DNA of 64,000 nucleotides from an uncultured virus (IMG/VR IMGVR_UViG_2846613599_000004) (Duplodnaviria; Heunggongvirae; Uroviricota; Caudoviricetes): IMG/VR virus record IMGVR_UViG_2846613599_000004; one strand, 5' to 3'. Shown piece by piece: positions 55,949 to 64,000 of this stretch (position 1 is its first letter; each line of letters starts with the position of its first letter). The notes under the pieces were generated by a model. It saw only the letters and a program-made list of their open reading frames with translations, ran no database searches and was not told where the DNA came from. The position numbers and the translations under genes were made by a program.

Positions 55949-56890
55949 ATGGCAAACGAACTGGTCGTTATCGAACCAGCGACAGCGCTCGACCTTTTTA
56001 CAGCGCCGGATAAGGTTCAGGTACTGCTGTCTGGTATCCGGGAGAAAGCGCTCGCAGAGCAGGCATTACTCGATACTGATTTATCGAAAGCCAAGAATCG
56101 CGATGCTATCAAATCACTGGCCTACAAAGTTACGCAGTCAAAAACATACATCGATAAAGCCGGAAAGGCTGTTGTTGATGAACTGAAAGAGCTGCCGAAA
56201 AAAGTGGATGCCAGTCGCAAACAGTGCCGGGATGAGCTCGACGCACTGAGCGATGAAATCCGCCAGCCGGTAACAGCCTGGGAAGATGCAGAAAAGGCGC
56301 GTGTAGCAGCGGAAGAACTGGTTAAGCAAATTGAGCGTGACCACGAAGAAGCACTGCAGATGAATGAGTTGCACGACCTGCGTAAAGCCGAAGAAGAACG
56401 CAAACGCATTGAGCATGAAAACGAAATCAAGCGTCAGGCTGCAGAGCAGGCACGAATCGAAGCTGAACAGAAAGCACAGCGTGACCGTGAAGCGGCGGAG
56501 CTGAAAGCCAAACAGGAGCGTGAAGCGGCAGAATTAAAAGCACGACAGGAAGTCGAGGCGGCAGCTAAGCGAGAACGTGAGGCCAGAGAAGCGCAGGAAC
56601 GCGCAGAACGTGAAAAGCAGGAAGCTATCGCGAAGGCTGAGCGTGAAAAGCTGGCCGCAGTGGAAGCGGAGCGGCGCAAGGCAGAGGAAGCCGAACGCGC
56701 ACGACTGGCGGAGATTGAGTGCCAGAAGCAGGAAGAATTAAAGCGCCAGGCTGATACCGCGCACAGAGCTAAAGTGAATAACCAGGCGATGCAGGATTTA
56801 ATCTCCGCAGGCATCCCCGAAGATTGCGCAAAGGCATGCATCATTGCTATCGCCAAAGGATCCGTATCATCAGTAAAAATCAATTACTGA
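55949..56890 (+). CDS. Phage coiled-coil protein (EKAR-rich)
   Basis: SLAYKV..SKT..D..GK, IRQP...WE; long charged coil. Confidence 0.8.
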   Translation: MANELVVIEPATALDLFTAPDKVQVLLSGIREKALAEQALLDTDLSKAKNRDAIKSLAYKVTQSKTYIDKAGKAVVDELKELPKKVDASRKQCRDELDALSDEIRQPVTAWEDAEKARVAAEELVKQIERDHEEALQMNELHDLRKAEEERKRIEHENEIKRQAAEQARIEAEQKAQRDREAAELKAKQEREAAELKARQEVEAAAKREREAREAQERAEREKQEAIAKAEREKLAAVEAERRKAEEAERARLAEIECQKQEELKRQADTAHRAKVNNQAMQDLISAGIPEDCAKACIIAIAKGSVSSVKINY

Positions 56891-57092
56891 TACCATGACC
56901 AGCGCATTCTACGCAGTCACCCTATTCATATCAGCATCACTCATCTTACTAATTTTACGGTAATCACATGACTATCAATCAGAACGTTTTCCGTCTGGCG
57001 CAAGCACAGGCGCGGGTAGCTATACGCCAGAAATGCGATGACATCTGGTGGTTAGCAATGGAATTACTCAGAGAAAGTTACGGGAGGCAGGA

Positions 57093-57338
57093 ATGCAGAT
57101 AACTTGCGACCATTTCAGCGTTTCCGGCAGAACAGGTGAGCCGGTAATCACTACCCACGGACGGGTATTTATCACCGGACTTGATTCTGAAGCTATAGGA
57201 AATAGCGATGCCGACATACAGGAGTTAGTAGGTACTGAATTACGGCGCATGGATGAGCAGTCAGTCGTTGAAACGCTACGGAAAGCAGGGTTCGACATGG
57301 ACGTTATCGCACAGCTTGCAGGGAGGAGCGCAGCATGA
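57093..57338 (+). CDS. Hypothetical protein
   Basis: GGAGG RBS. Confidence 0.6.
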   Translation: MQITCDHFSVSGRTGEPVITTHGRVFITGLDSEAIGNSDADIQELVGTELRRMDEQSVVETLRKAGFDMDVIAQLAGRSAA

Positions 57339-57571
57339 ATGCATACGCAGCACAGGATGCTCAGGAAGATCGGCGTCTGGAGCATGCAGCATGGCAGGAT
57401 GCCGTCGACACGGAAGTAAGCGAACTGACAACGAATGCTTTTAATAAACTCCCTCAGCGCCTTCTGGATGAAGTCAGCGATGAACTCCAAAACGAGATAT
57501 GGAATTCTCTTTATGGGGTAACGGCGGAAATCAGGGATCACTATGCTGCTATTTATCAGCAGCATCTTTAA
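57335..57571 (+). CDS. Hypothetical protein
   Basis: ATGA coupling. Confidence 0.6.
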   Translation: MNAYAAQDAQEDRRLEHAAWQDAVDTEVSELTTNAFNKLPQRLLDEVSDELQNEIWNSLYGVTAEIRDHYAAIYQQHL

Positions 57572-57618
57572 CGACAGCATCTGCGAATGGAATCGCCATA
57601 CAGGAAAGGACAGGAGAA

Positions 57619-58500
57619 ATGAGCACATCAATTATTGAATTTGTACAACAGCAGGAGACGTTGTTCAGCAGCGCATTGACAGAGCAAACAATAACATGGG
57701 CTAAGGAAAGCCAGTTTGCTATTCAGGCATTCCAGAAAAACGACAAACTGGCAGAGGCCGCGTTAAAAAATCAGGCCAGCGCACAGAATGCAATTATCAA
57801 CGTTGCAGCCATCGGGATAACACTGAATCCGGCCAGCAAGCTCGCATATCTTGTCCCACGGAAAGGCGAGGTATGCCTCGATATCAGTTATATGGGCCTA
57901 CTCCACCTAGCTCAGGCAACGAAAGCGATTATCTGGGGGCAATGCAAACTGGTGCATGAAAAGGATGTTTATGAGTCCAACGGACTGGAACTTCCCCCCA
58001 CCCATAAATATAACGCGTTCGGAGAGCGCGGAGCGGTTATCGGCGGGTATTGCACGGTAAAAACAGCGGAGGGTGACTATCTCACGGAAGAAATGACACT
58101 CGAAGATATCAAAGCTGTTGAGGCGACAAGCAAGGCAAGTAACGGGCCATGGAAGACCTTCTGGGAAGAGATGGCAAGGAAGACCATCGTCAAACGCGCC
58201 AGCAAATACTGGCCGCGCCGTGAAAGACTTGATCAGGCTATCGAGTACATAAATACAGATGCCGGTGAAGGAAATGATTTTCAGGCACCGAAGAATCAGG
58301 AGCGAGACATAACACCGGCCAGCGAAGACCAACTGAAGGATATATCTGATCTGATGATCAAAGTTGATGGTGAATGGAGTGAGGTTTTCATCGCCTTCAT
58401 CAGCAAAAAATTCAACCGCCCTATCTCCCACCCGGAACAGCTCACCGTATTTGAGGCTAACACCATCATCGACATGCTCAGGAAAAAGGCAGGCGAATAA
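57619..58500 (+). CDS. recT: RecT-family single-strand annealing protein
   Basis: GITLNP...AYLVP, SYMGL, GPW...EEMARKT.VKRA.K.WP. Confidence 0.9.
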   Translation: MSTSIIEFVQQQETLFSSALTEQTITWAKESQFAIQAFQKNDKLAEAALKNQASAQNAIINVAAIGITLNPASKLAYLVPRKGEVCLDISYMGLLHLAQATKAIIWGQCKLVHEKDVYESNGLELPPTHKYNAFGERGAVIGGYCTVKTAEGDYLTEEMTLEDIKAVEATSKASNGPWKTFWEEMARKTIVKRASKYWPRRERLDQAIEYINTDAGEGNDFQAPKNQERDITPASEDQLKDISDLMIKVDGEWSEVFIAFISKKFNRPISHPEQLTVFEANTIIDMLRKKAGE

Positions 58501-59198
58501 TGATCAGTAACGACATCATTCTCAGCAAAACCGGCATCGATTTATCAAAAATATCGCAGGGAAGCGAAGAATGGATGTCACTGCGCCTCGGGGTGATTAC
58601 CGCCTCAGAGGTCTGGAAAGTGCTCACAAAACCACGCTCAGGGACGACATGGAGCGACACCAAAAAGACGTATTTCAATACGCTTATCGGTGAAGTCTGC
58701 ACCGGCGTAAGCAAAGATGTTAGCGCCAGATCTCTGGAATGGGGAAAGGATTACGAACTCGAAGCACGGATGACATTCGAGTTTTACAGCGGCCTGACGG
58801 TCACGGAAGACCCGATAATTTTCAGGGATGAATCACTGCGAACGGCCTGCTCTCCTGATGGCATTTGCAGCGACGGCGCTGGCCTTGAGCTTAAATGCCC
58901 AAAAACAACGGAAGTCTTTATCGACCTGGCTTTAAACGGAATTAAGGCCATGAAAAAGGAATACACCGCTCAGGTTCAGTATTCAATGTGGATCACCAGA
59001 AAGGATGTTTGGCATTTCGCAAACTACGACCCTCGCATGCCGGGAGGAAAGGAAATTGTCCACATACCGGTAGAGCGCGACGAAAAAATGATGCAGGAAT
59101 TCGACCAACAGATACCAGAGTTTATTGAGGCAATGGATGCCGCATTAAGCACACTCGGCATTGAGTACGGTAATCAGTGGAAAGGATTTCAGCTTTAA
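58500..59198 (+). CDS. Lambda-type exonuclease
   Basis: QGS.EW...R.G.ITAS, CSPDG, ELKCP, QVQ..MW. Confidence 0.9.
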   Translation: MISNDIILSKTGIDLSKISQGSEEWMSLRLGVITASEVWKVLTKPRSGTTWSDTKKTYFNTLIGEVCTGVSKDVSARSLEWGKDYELEARMTFEFYSGLTVTEDPIIFRDESLRTACSPDGICSDGAGLELKCPKTTEVFIDLALNGIKAMKKEYTAQVQYSMWITRKDVWHFANYDPRMPGGKEIVHIPVERDEKMMQEFDQQIPEFIEAMDAALSTLGIEYGNQWKGFQL

Positions 59199-59250
59199 TA
59201 ACCCACCGTTTCAGGATGAAGCGTAATGCAGGGATGCTGAGGAAATAACA

Positions 59251-60042
59251 ATGACTGCTTACTATAACGAAATCGAACCGTTCGCTGCTCAGTGGTTACG
59301 GAATCTCATTGCTGCCGGTCATATAGCGCCGGGTGTAGTGGACGAAAGGAGTATTGAAGATGTCACACCAGATGACTTACGCGGATTCACACAATGCCAC
59401 TTCTTCGCCGGTATCGGAGTGTGGTCACTCGCCCTACGCCGTGCAGGATGGCCGGATGATAAACCAGTCTGGACAGGAAGCTGTCCGTGTCAGCCTTTCA
59501 GCGCGGCAGGCAAAGGAAATGGGTTTGCTGACGAGCGGCACCTTTGGCCTGCATTCTTCCACCTCATCAGCGAGTGCAAGCCTGGCGTTATCTTTGGTGA
59601 ACAGGTTGCAAGCAAAGACGGCCTCGGATGGCTCGATCTTGTACAAACTGACCTGGAAGCAAAGGACTACTCCACAGCAGCGGTCGATTTATGCGCTGCG
59701 GGCTTCGGTGCGTCGCATATCAGACAGCGATTGTTCTGGGTGGCCGACGCCGACAACCAGAGGCGGAAAAGACTGCGGAGATGTGAGTCAGTCATTCTTC
59801 CGGAAAGACGGGAGGATGCGGAACGACACGCTGTACCGCCAGTTGTGGCTACACATGTTTGGTATGGATGGCAGGCCGTCACGGGAGCAGATAAAAACTC
59901 TCGAATGCTTCCACCTGACTTTGGCGAGAGAACTGATGATGCTGCCGGTCGAGTGGGAAAACTCCGCGCCTACGGAAATGCCATCGTCGCGCCGGTCGCG
60001 GAAGAATTCATAAGGGCTTATATGCTGATAACAGAGGAATGA
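59251..60042 (+). CDS. C5 cytosine DNA methyltransferase (alpha part)
   Basis: FFAGIG (I), PCQPFS (IV), EQV (VI), RQRLF (VIII), YGNAI (X); no motif IX seen. Confidence 0.9.
   Translation: MTAYYNEIEPFAAQWLRNLIAAGHIAPGVVDERSIEDVTPDDLRGFTQCHFFAGIGVWSLALRRAGWPDDKPVWTGSCPCQPFSAAGKGNGFADERHLWPAFFHLISECKPGVIFGEQVASKDGLGWLDLVQTDLEAKDYSTAAVDLCAAGFGASHIRQRLFWVADADNQRRKRLRRCESVILPERREDAERHAVPPVVATHVWYGWQAVTGADKNSRMLPPDFGERTDDAAGRVGKLRAYGNAIVAPVAEEFIRAYMLITEE
59360..60013 (+). CDS. Nested +1-frame ORF, putative methyltransferase beta subunit
   Basis: AAGGAG 8 nt before ATG; 217 codons open; C-terminal LARELMMLPVEW resembles motif IX. Confidence 0.65.
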   Translation: MSHQMTYADSHNATSSPVSECGHSPYAVQDGRMINQSGQEAVRVSLSARQAKEMGLLTSGTFGLHSSTSSASASLALSLVNRLQAKTASDGSILYKLTWKQRTTPQQRSIYALRASVRRISDSDCSGWPTPTTRGGKDCGDVSQSFFRKDGRMRNDTLYRQLWLHMFGMDGRPSREQIKTLECFHLTLARELMMLPVEWENSAPTEMPSSRRSRKNS

Positions 60043-60317
60043 ATATGTCGCGACCAATCGACTTAATAGCAGATATCACGGATGAATATATCGCTAAGCA
60101 TTTTGAAGGGACGAACTACGGGCACACCAACTATCGTGACATCGTTGGCAAAGGATGCCTGAATGCTATGGCCGGATATCACAACGGATATACCACGCAG
60201 TGCATATTGATAAAAATGGGGCTGACCACGGAGAAGTTGCGGCTGACGAAGCGCGGTCGTGAATTTCTGTTCTGGCACTTTAACTATCAGCCGGTTAATG
60301 GGAGGAAGATTGATTAG
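60039..60317 (+). CDS. Hypothetical protein
   Basis: ATGA coupling with methyltransferase. Confidence 0.6.
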   Translation: MNMSRPIDLIADITDEYIAKHFEGTNYGHTNYRDIVGKGCLNAMAGYHNGYTTQCILIKMGLTTEKLRLTKRGREFLFWHFNYQPVNGRKID

Positions 60318-60400
60318 CCAGATACCACAATAGTGACGCACACGGATGTGTTTAGTCACTTATGTGGGTACAATACACCGTCTTTTTATAAGGGGGGGTT

Positions 60401-61018
60401 ATGTCTGATTTTTTAACAGTAGTCAAAGATAATGCGTTGGCAATAACCACATTGGTTGGCGTATTTACCATTATGGGCGCTAGTATTGGTTTCTGGCTTA
60501 ATTTTCGCCTTTCAAGAAAAAAACTAGAATCAGATAAAAAAGCCCTGCGCCAACAAATGATAACAAACAATATAGCTCCAATGAGGCAGGCATGGATTAA
60601 TGATGTTAGGGAGCGAGCATCAAACTTCATTCATCAATCGAAAGTATTACGAATGATACTATTCTCAGCCATTTCTGATACGTTAAATCTCACCCAAGAA
60701 CAAAAAAAAGAAAGAGAAAATAATGCCAGTATAATCTATTACCAACTAAATGAATCCGCTCAATATCTAGACCTAATACTACCATACTCCATTGATGGTG
60801 ACAGAAGTGAGACTGAAGCCGATAATTTAAGAAAAAACATCATGGATATTATTGATATTTTTGATTCTATATTTATAAAAATTGACTCTAGAAATACAGG
60901 CGGCATAGATGATCATTTAAATAAAATACTTTCAACAACTGAACTCGCTAGTAAAAATACTAAATCTGTTCTTCTAAAGGAATGGAGAGAGACAAAATCA
61001 CTGAAAGAAATTGAATGA
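60401..61018 (+). CDS. AT-rich membrane-anchored moron protein
   Basis: N-terminal TM, RQAWINDVR motif; terminator at about 61022-61047. Confidence 0.75.
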   Translation: MSDFLTVVKDNALAITTLVGVFTIMGASIGFWLNFRLSRKKLESDKKALRQQMITNNIAPMRQAWINDVRERASNFIHQSKVLRMILFSAISDTLNLTQEQKKERENNASIIYYQLNESAQYLDLILPYSIDGDRSETEADNLRKNIMDIIDIFDSIFIKIDSRNTGGIDDHLNKILSTTELASKNTKSVLLKEWRETKSLKEIE

Positions 61019-61199
61019 ACCAAACCCTGCATTAGCAGGGTTTTTTATACCTAAAATTCAGAGTTAACCATGACAATCGGATTTGTATTACTGCTGTGCC
61101 TGTTACCGATGATATTTATACGCTCGAAGAATGTGAGAGCCACGCAGTGCAAATGAAGACTGTGCGGAATGTTGAATTAGTGTGTGCGGAGGTGGTGAG

Positions 61200-61373
61200 A
61201 TGAAATTTAAGGTGGGCGATAAAGTTTATATTGAGTTATGGGATGTTAATGGAACTATTTGCGCCATTGATGATAAGGATGTTGCATTGCCTTATTCCGT
61301 TGAAGATGAATACGGTGTGACATCATGGTGGCTTGAGGATGAACTGGAGTTAATCGATGAACAAATATCGTGA
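61200..61373 (+). CDS. Small KOW/SH3-like hypothetical protein
   Basis: MKFKVGDKV...ELEL. Confidence 0.55.
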   Translation: MKFKVGDKVYIELWDVNGTICAIDDKDVALPYSVEDEYGVTSWWLEDELELIDEQIS

Positions 61374-61701
61374 CAAATCAGACTTTGAGATTAATTGCCA
61401 AGTTCTGGCAACGTTTGAACCAGATATCGAACACATGTGCTTAAGCCATGATAAAAAGTCATTTTATCATTGTGGCTTTGATGGCAATGGATTCTATGAA
61501 ACCACCATCCCAGACTATTGCAACAACCCGGCGGACGCAATGCCTATTTTTATTGATAATAAAATGGGAGTTATATTTTTAGGTGACTTAGTTCAGATTA
61601 GTGACTTCTCTGGTGGTACTGTTAATTTTGGCAAAAATTTTTATCGCACAATAGCTGAATTATTCCTGATGATGAAGGATGCGGAGAATGAAAAAAGTTG
61701 A
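61357..61701 (+). CDS. NinX/DUF2591-like protein
   Basis: SDFEIN...DYCNNPADAMPI. Confidence 0.75.
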   Translation: MNKYRDKSDFEINCQVLATFEPDIEHMCLSHDKKSFYHCGFDGNGFYETTIPDYCNNPADAMPIFIDNKMGVIFLGDLVQISDFSGGTVNFGKNFYRTIAELFLMMKDAENEKS

Positions 61702-61912
61702 AGCAGTAACGACCTTGGTTTTAATTAATGGCGAAACATATCAAATAGCACTACCGAAAAACATAGTCGCGCTTCAGGCAAAACAAGCATTAGCAATGGC
61801 TCAGGAATTTGGCGGGATAATAGTTCCTTGTAATTTCGCCAGCATCAAGCCAATGAAGGCAGATGGAATACCGTTCAATATAAATGACAGCAGGGGTAAG
61901 AATGAAAACTGA
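61688..61912 (+). CDS. Hypothetical protein
   Basis: GGAG RBS; coupled ORF. Confidence 0.55.
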   Translation: MKKVEAVTTLVLINGETYQIALPKNIVALQAKQALAMAQEFGGIIVPCNFASIKPMKADGIPFNINDSRGKNEN

Positions 61913-62441
61913 CTACGGCGGGAGCACAACACCAAAGGAATTGCGTGACTTGTGGCAAACTCCCCTACCGTTATTCTCAGCACTGGACGCTGAATTCGGT
62001 TTTTACCTTGATGCCGCCGCCGATAAAAATAATACCCTCTGCTCTCATTACCTCACCGAAAAAGACAACGCATTAAACTCCGCCTGGCAAAGCTACGGTT
62101 CTATATGGTGCAACCCGCCGTATAGCGACATACAGCCGTGGGCACGCAAGGCAGCAGAACAATGCAGGGTGCAATTGCAGCCGGTCGTGATGCTTGTTCC
62201 AGCGGATACTTCGGTGGGCTGGTTTAAATCTTCGCTGGATACCGTTGATGAGGTCAGATTCATTACCGGCGGCCGGATATCGTTTATTAACGCCGGTACA
62301 AACAAACCGGTGAACGGAAACAATAAGGGTTCGATGTTTTTAATCTGGCGCCCGTTCACCCAGCCCCGACGGATAATTACCACAGTTAACCGTGATGACC
62401 TGATGGATATCGGCAACCGGTTACTGGAATCTCAAATCTGA
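61902..62441 (+). CDS. Phage N6-adenine DNA methyltransferase (T1/lambdoid Dam-like)
   Basis: DLWQTP, LDAAA, WCNPPYS, LVPADTSVGWF. Confidence 0.9.
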   Translation: MKTDYGGSTTPKELRDLWQTPLPLFSALDAEFGFYLDAAADKNNTLCSHYLTEKDNALNSAWQSYGSIWCNPPYSDIQPWARKAAEQCRVQLQPVVMLVPADTSVGWFKSSLDTVDEVRFITGGRISFINAGTNKPVNGNNKGSMFLIWRPFTQPRRIITTVNRDDLMDIGNRLLESQI

Positions 62442-62449
62442 GGTGACCA

Positions 62450-62662
62450 ATGACACCACAGGAAGCAGAGAACGGACGCAGACGAATAGCAAGGGAATGC
62501 CTGAAGGAATTAATGCAGTACACATCAGACGAACAACACACCGCAATACTCGACAAATACACACCGAAATTTAAACCACTTAATCACCTGCGCTTTCCGG
62601 CAAAGAGAGTGCTCGGGTATTACGTGCGTACGTTACAAAAGGAGATGAGGGATGGATCTTAA
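62450..62662 (+). CDS. Hypothetical protein
   Basis: GAGG RBS. Confidence 0.6.
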   Translation: MTPQEAENGRRRIARECLKELMQYTSDEQHTAILDKYTPKFKPLNHLRFPAKRVLGYYVRTLQKEMRDGS

Positions 62663-63011
62663 TGATGAGGTCTTTGATGTAAGGAAGGCCGCAGAGTTCC
62701 TCTGTAAATCACAGAGAAAGGTATACGAGCTGCTAAACAGCGGAAGGATTCGCGCCGCGAAAAGTAACGGTAAAAACGGAAGCTGGGAAATCCTGAAGTC
62801 ATCTTGTCTTGAATATGTTCATAACAATCATCAGAATTGCAGAGCGAGTGATGATGATGCTGATAAATCGAAGGAGAGATTTAATCAATGTCAATCAAAT
62901 TACGGTATGGCGTGTGGCACTGTGATTTCGTTTCCCCGAGTGGTAAGCGAATTAGACGAAGTCTTGAAACATCGGACAAAAGGCAAGCGCAGGAGCTGCA
63001 TGACCAATTAA
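62652..63011 (+). CDS. Excisionase-like HTH protein
   Basis: AAEFL..S...VY....SGRI.A.K; overlaps int start. Confidence 0.75.
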   Translation: MDLNDEVFDVRKAAEFLCKSQRKVYELLNSGRIRAAKSNGKNGSWEILKSSCLEYVHNNHQNCRASDDDADKSKERFNQCQSNYGMACGTVISFPRVVSELDEVLKHRTKGKRRSCMTN

Positions 63012-64000
63012 AGGCCGAGGCGTGGCGTGTCGAAAAGATGGGAGACTACCCTTCTGTAACCTTTGATGATGCATGCCTCCGGTGGCTTCAGGAAAAGGAA
63101 CATAAAAAATCTCTGGATGATGACAAAACCAAAATTGAATATTTTCTTCAGTTCTTTTCCGGGAAATTATTGTCATCAATAACAGAGACAGACATCTTAA
63201 AAGCAACGTCAGGGATGATAAACAGGAAGCATAAGGAGGTGTGGGAAATAAAGGCGGCGTCAGCAAAGAAGAAAGGTGCCAAAATTGCGCCATACAAGCC
63301 AAAACCGGCAACTCAGGCTACAAAGGACAGGTATCTTGCCTTTTTGCGTTCTCTTTTCAGAGCGGCCGTTAATGACTGGAAGTGGATCGGAAAATCCCCA
63401 ACAATCAAGGTCAGACAAAAAAAGGAAATACGGGTCAGGTGGCTGACAAAAGAGGAAGCAACAACCCTGATACAGTGTATGCCTGATGTAATGAAGCCTG
63501 TCGTTATGTTTGCGCTCGCAACCGGATTGCGCAGGTCTAACATACTTAATCTCGAATGGACGCAAATAGACCTGCAACGGAAAGTTGCCTGGATTCATCC
63601 GGAAGATACGAAAGGCGGCAAGGCAATAGGTGTGGCTCTCAATGAAACAGCTTGCCGGGTGCTCAGGATGCAGATTGGAAAGCACCAGCAATACGTGTTT
63701 GTGCACACCGAGGCGTGGCACAGAGCAGACGGCTCACCAACCGCAAAAGTAAGGAAGATGAGAGTCGACGATAACACGGCATGGAGCACCGGACTCCGGC
63801 GCGCTGGAATAACAAACTTCCGCTTCCATGACCTTCGGCACACATGGGCGAGCTGGCTTGTTCAGGCCGGGGTTCCACTGACTGCACTACAGGAAATGGG
63901 GGGATGGGAATCGATAGAAATGGTTCAGAGGTATGCGCATTTAGCCCCGAATCATCTTGTTGAACACGCGCGGAGAATTGATGAGGCCATGGGGATTAAT
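62888..64000 (+). CDS. int: Tyrosine integrase (P22-like), truncated by window end
   Basis: Manual translation [14 protein letters not shown]...TGLR...[11 protein letters not shown]...RYAHL; no stop before 64000. Confidence 0.95.
   Translation, partial: MSIKLRYGVWHCDFVSPSGKRIRRSLETSDKRQAQELHDQLKAEAWRVEKMGDYPSVTFDDACLRWLQEKEHKKSLDDDKTKIEYFLQFFSGKLLSSITETDILKATSGMINRKHKEVWEIKAASAKKKGAKIAPYKPKPATQATKDRYLAFLRSLFRAAVNDWKWIGKSPTIKVRQKKEIRVRWLTKEEATTLIQCMPDVMKPVVMFALATGLRRSNILNLEWTQIDLQRKVAWIHPEDTKGGKAIGVALNETACRVLRMQIGKHQQYVFVHTEAWHRADGSPTAKVRKMRVDDNTAWSTGLRRAGITNFRFHDLRHTWASWLVQAGVPLTALQEMGGWESIEMVQRYAHLAPNHLVEHARRIDEAMGIN

Overview
Enterobacterial DNA (Morganellaceae-like, inferred from gene content and sequence style) with two adjacent phage-derived units. 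(1) 386-12335: an uninterrupted contractile-tail operon (tail terminator, DUF3383-type sheath, tube, frameshifting chaperone, tape measure, full baseplate, fibre) with no head, terminase, replication or lysis genes. It is preceded by a Q21-type antiterminator gene with a near-consensus LexA box upstream and a duplicated late-promoter-like region, which makes it a candidate SOS-inducible R-type tailocin. (2) 12.4-16.8 kb: accessory genes (LprI/DUF4431 protein, orphan waaB-like LPS glycosyltransferase, two orphans), an integrase remnant and a 50-bp 3' fragment of tRNA-Thr(UGU) acting as att site. (3) 16778 to beyond 64000: an apparently complete lambdoid temperate myophage with the same tail architecture. 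It carries a HolE homologue, tail-region morons, a lysis cassette, a tRNA(CAU), nin/O/P/cII/cro/cI, a HicA-HicB-SecB-like triad next to cI, HK022-like putL/putR RNAs with no recognisable N gene, RecT/Exo, a C5 methyltransferase with a nested +1-frame ORF, Dam, xis and a P22-type integrase running off the window. Family names come from motif recognition by eye; no searches were run.
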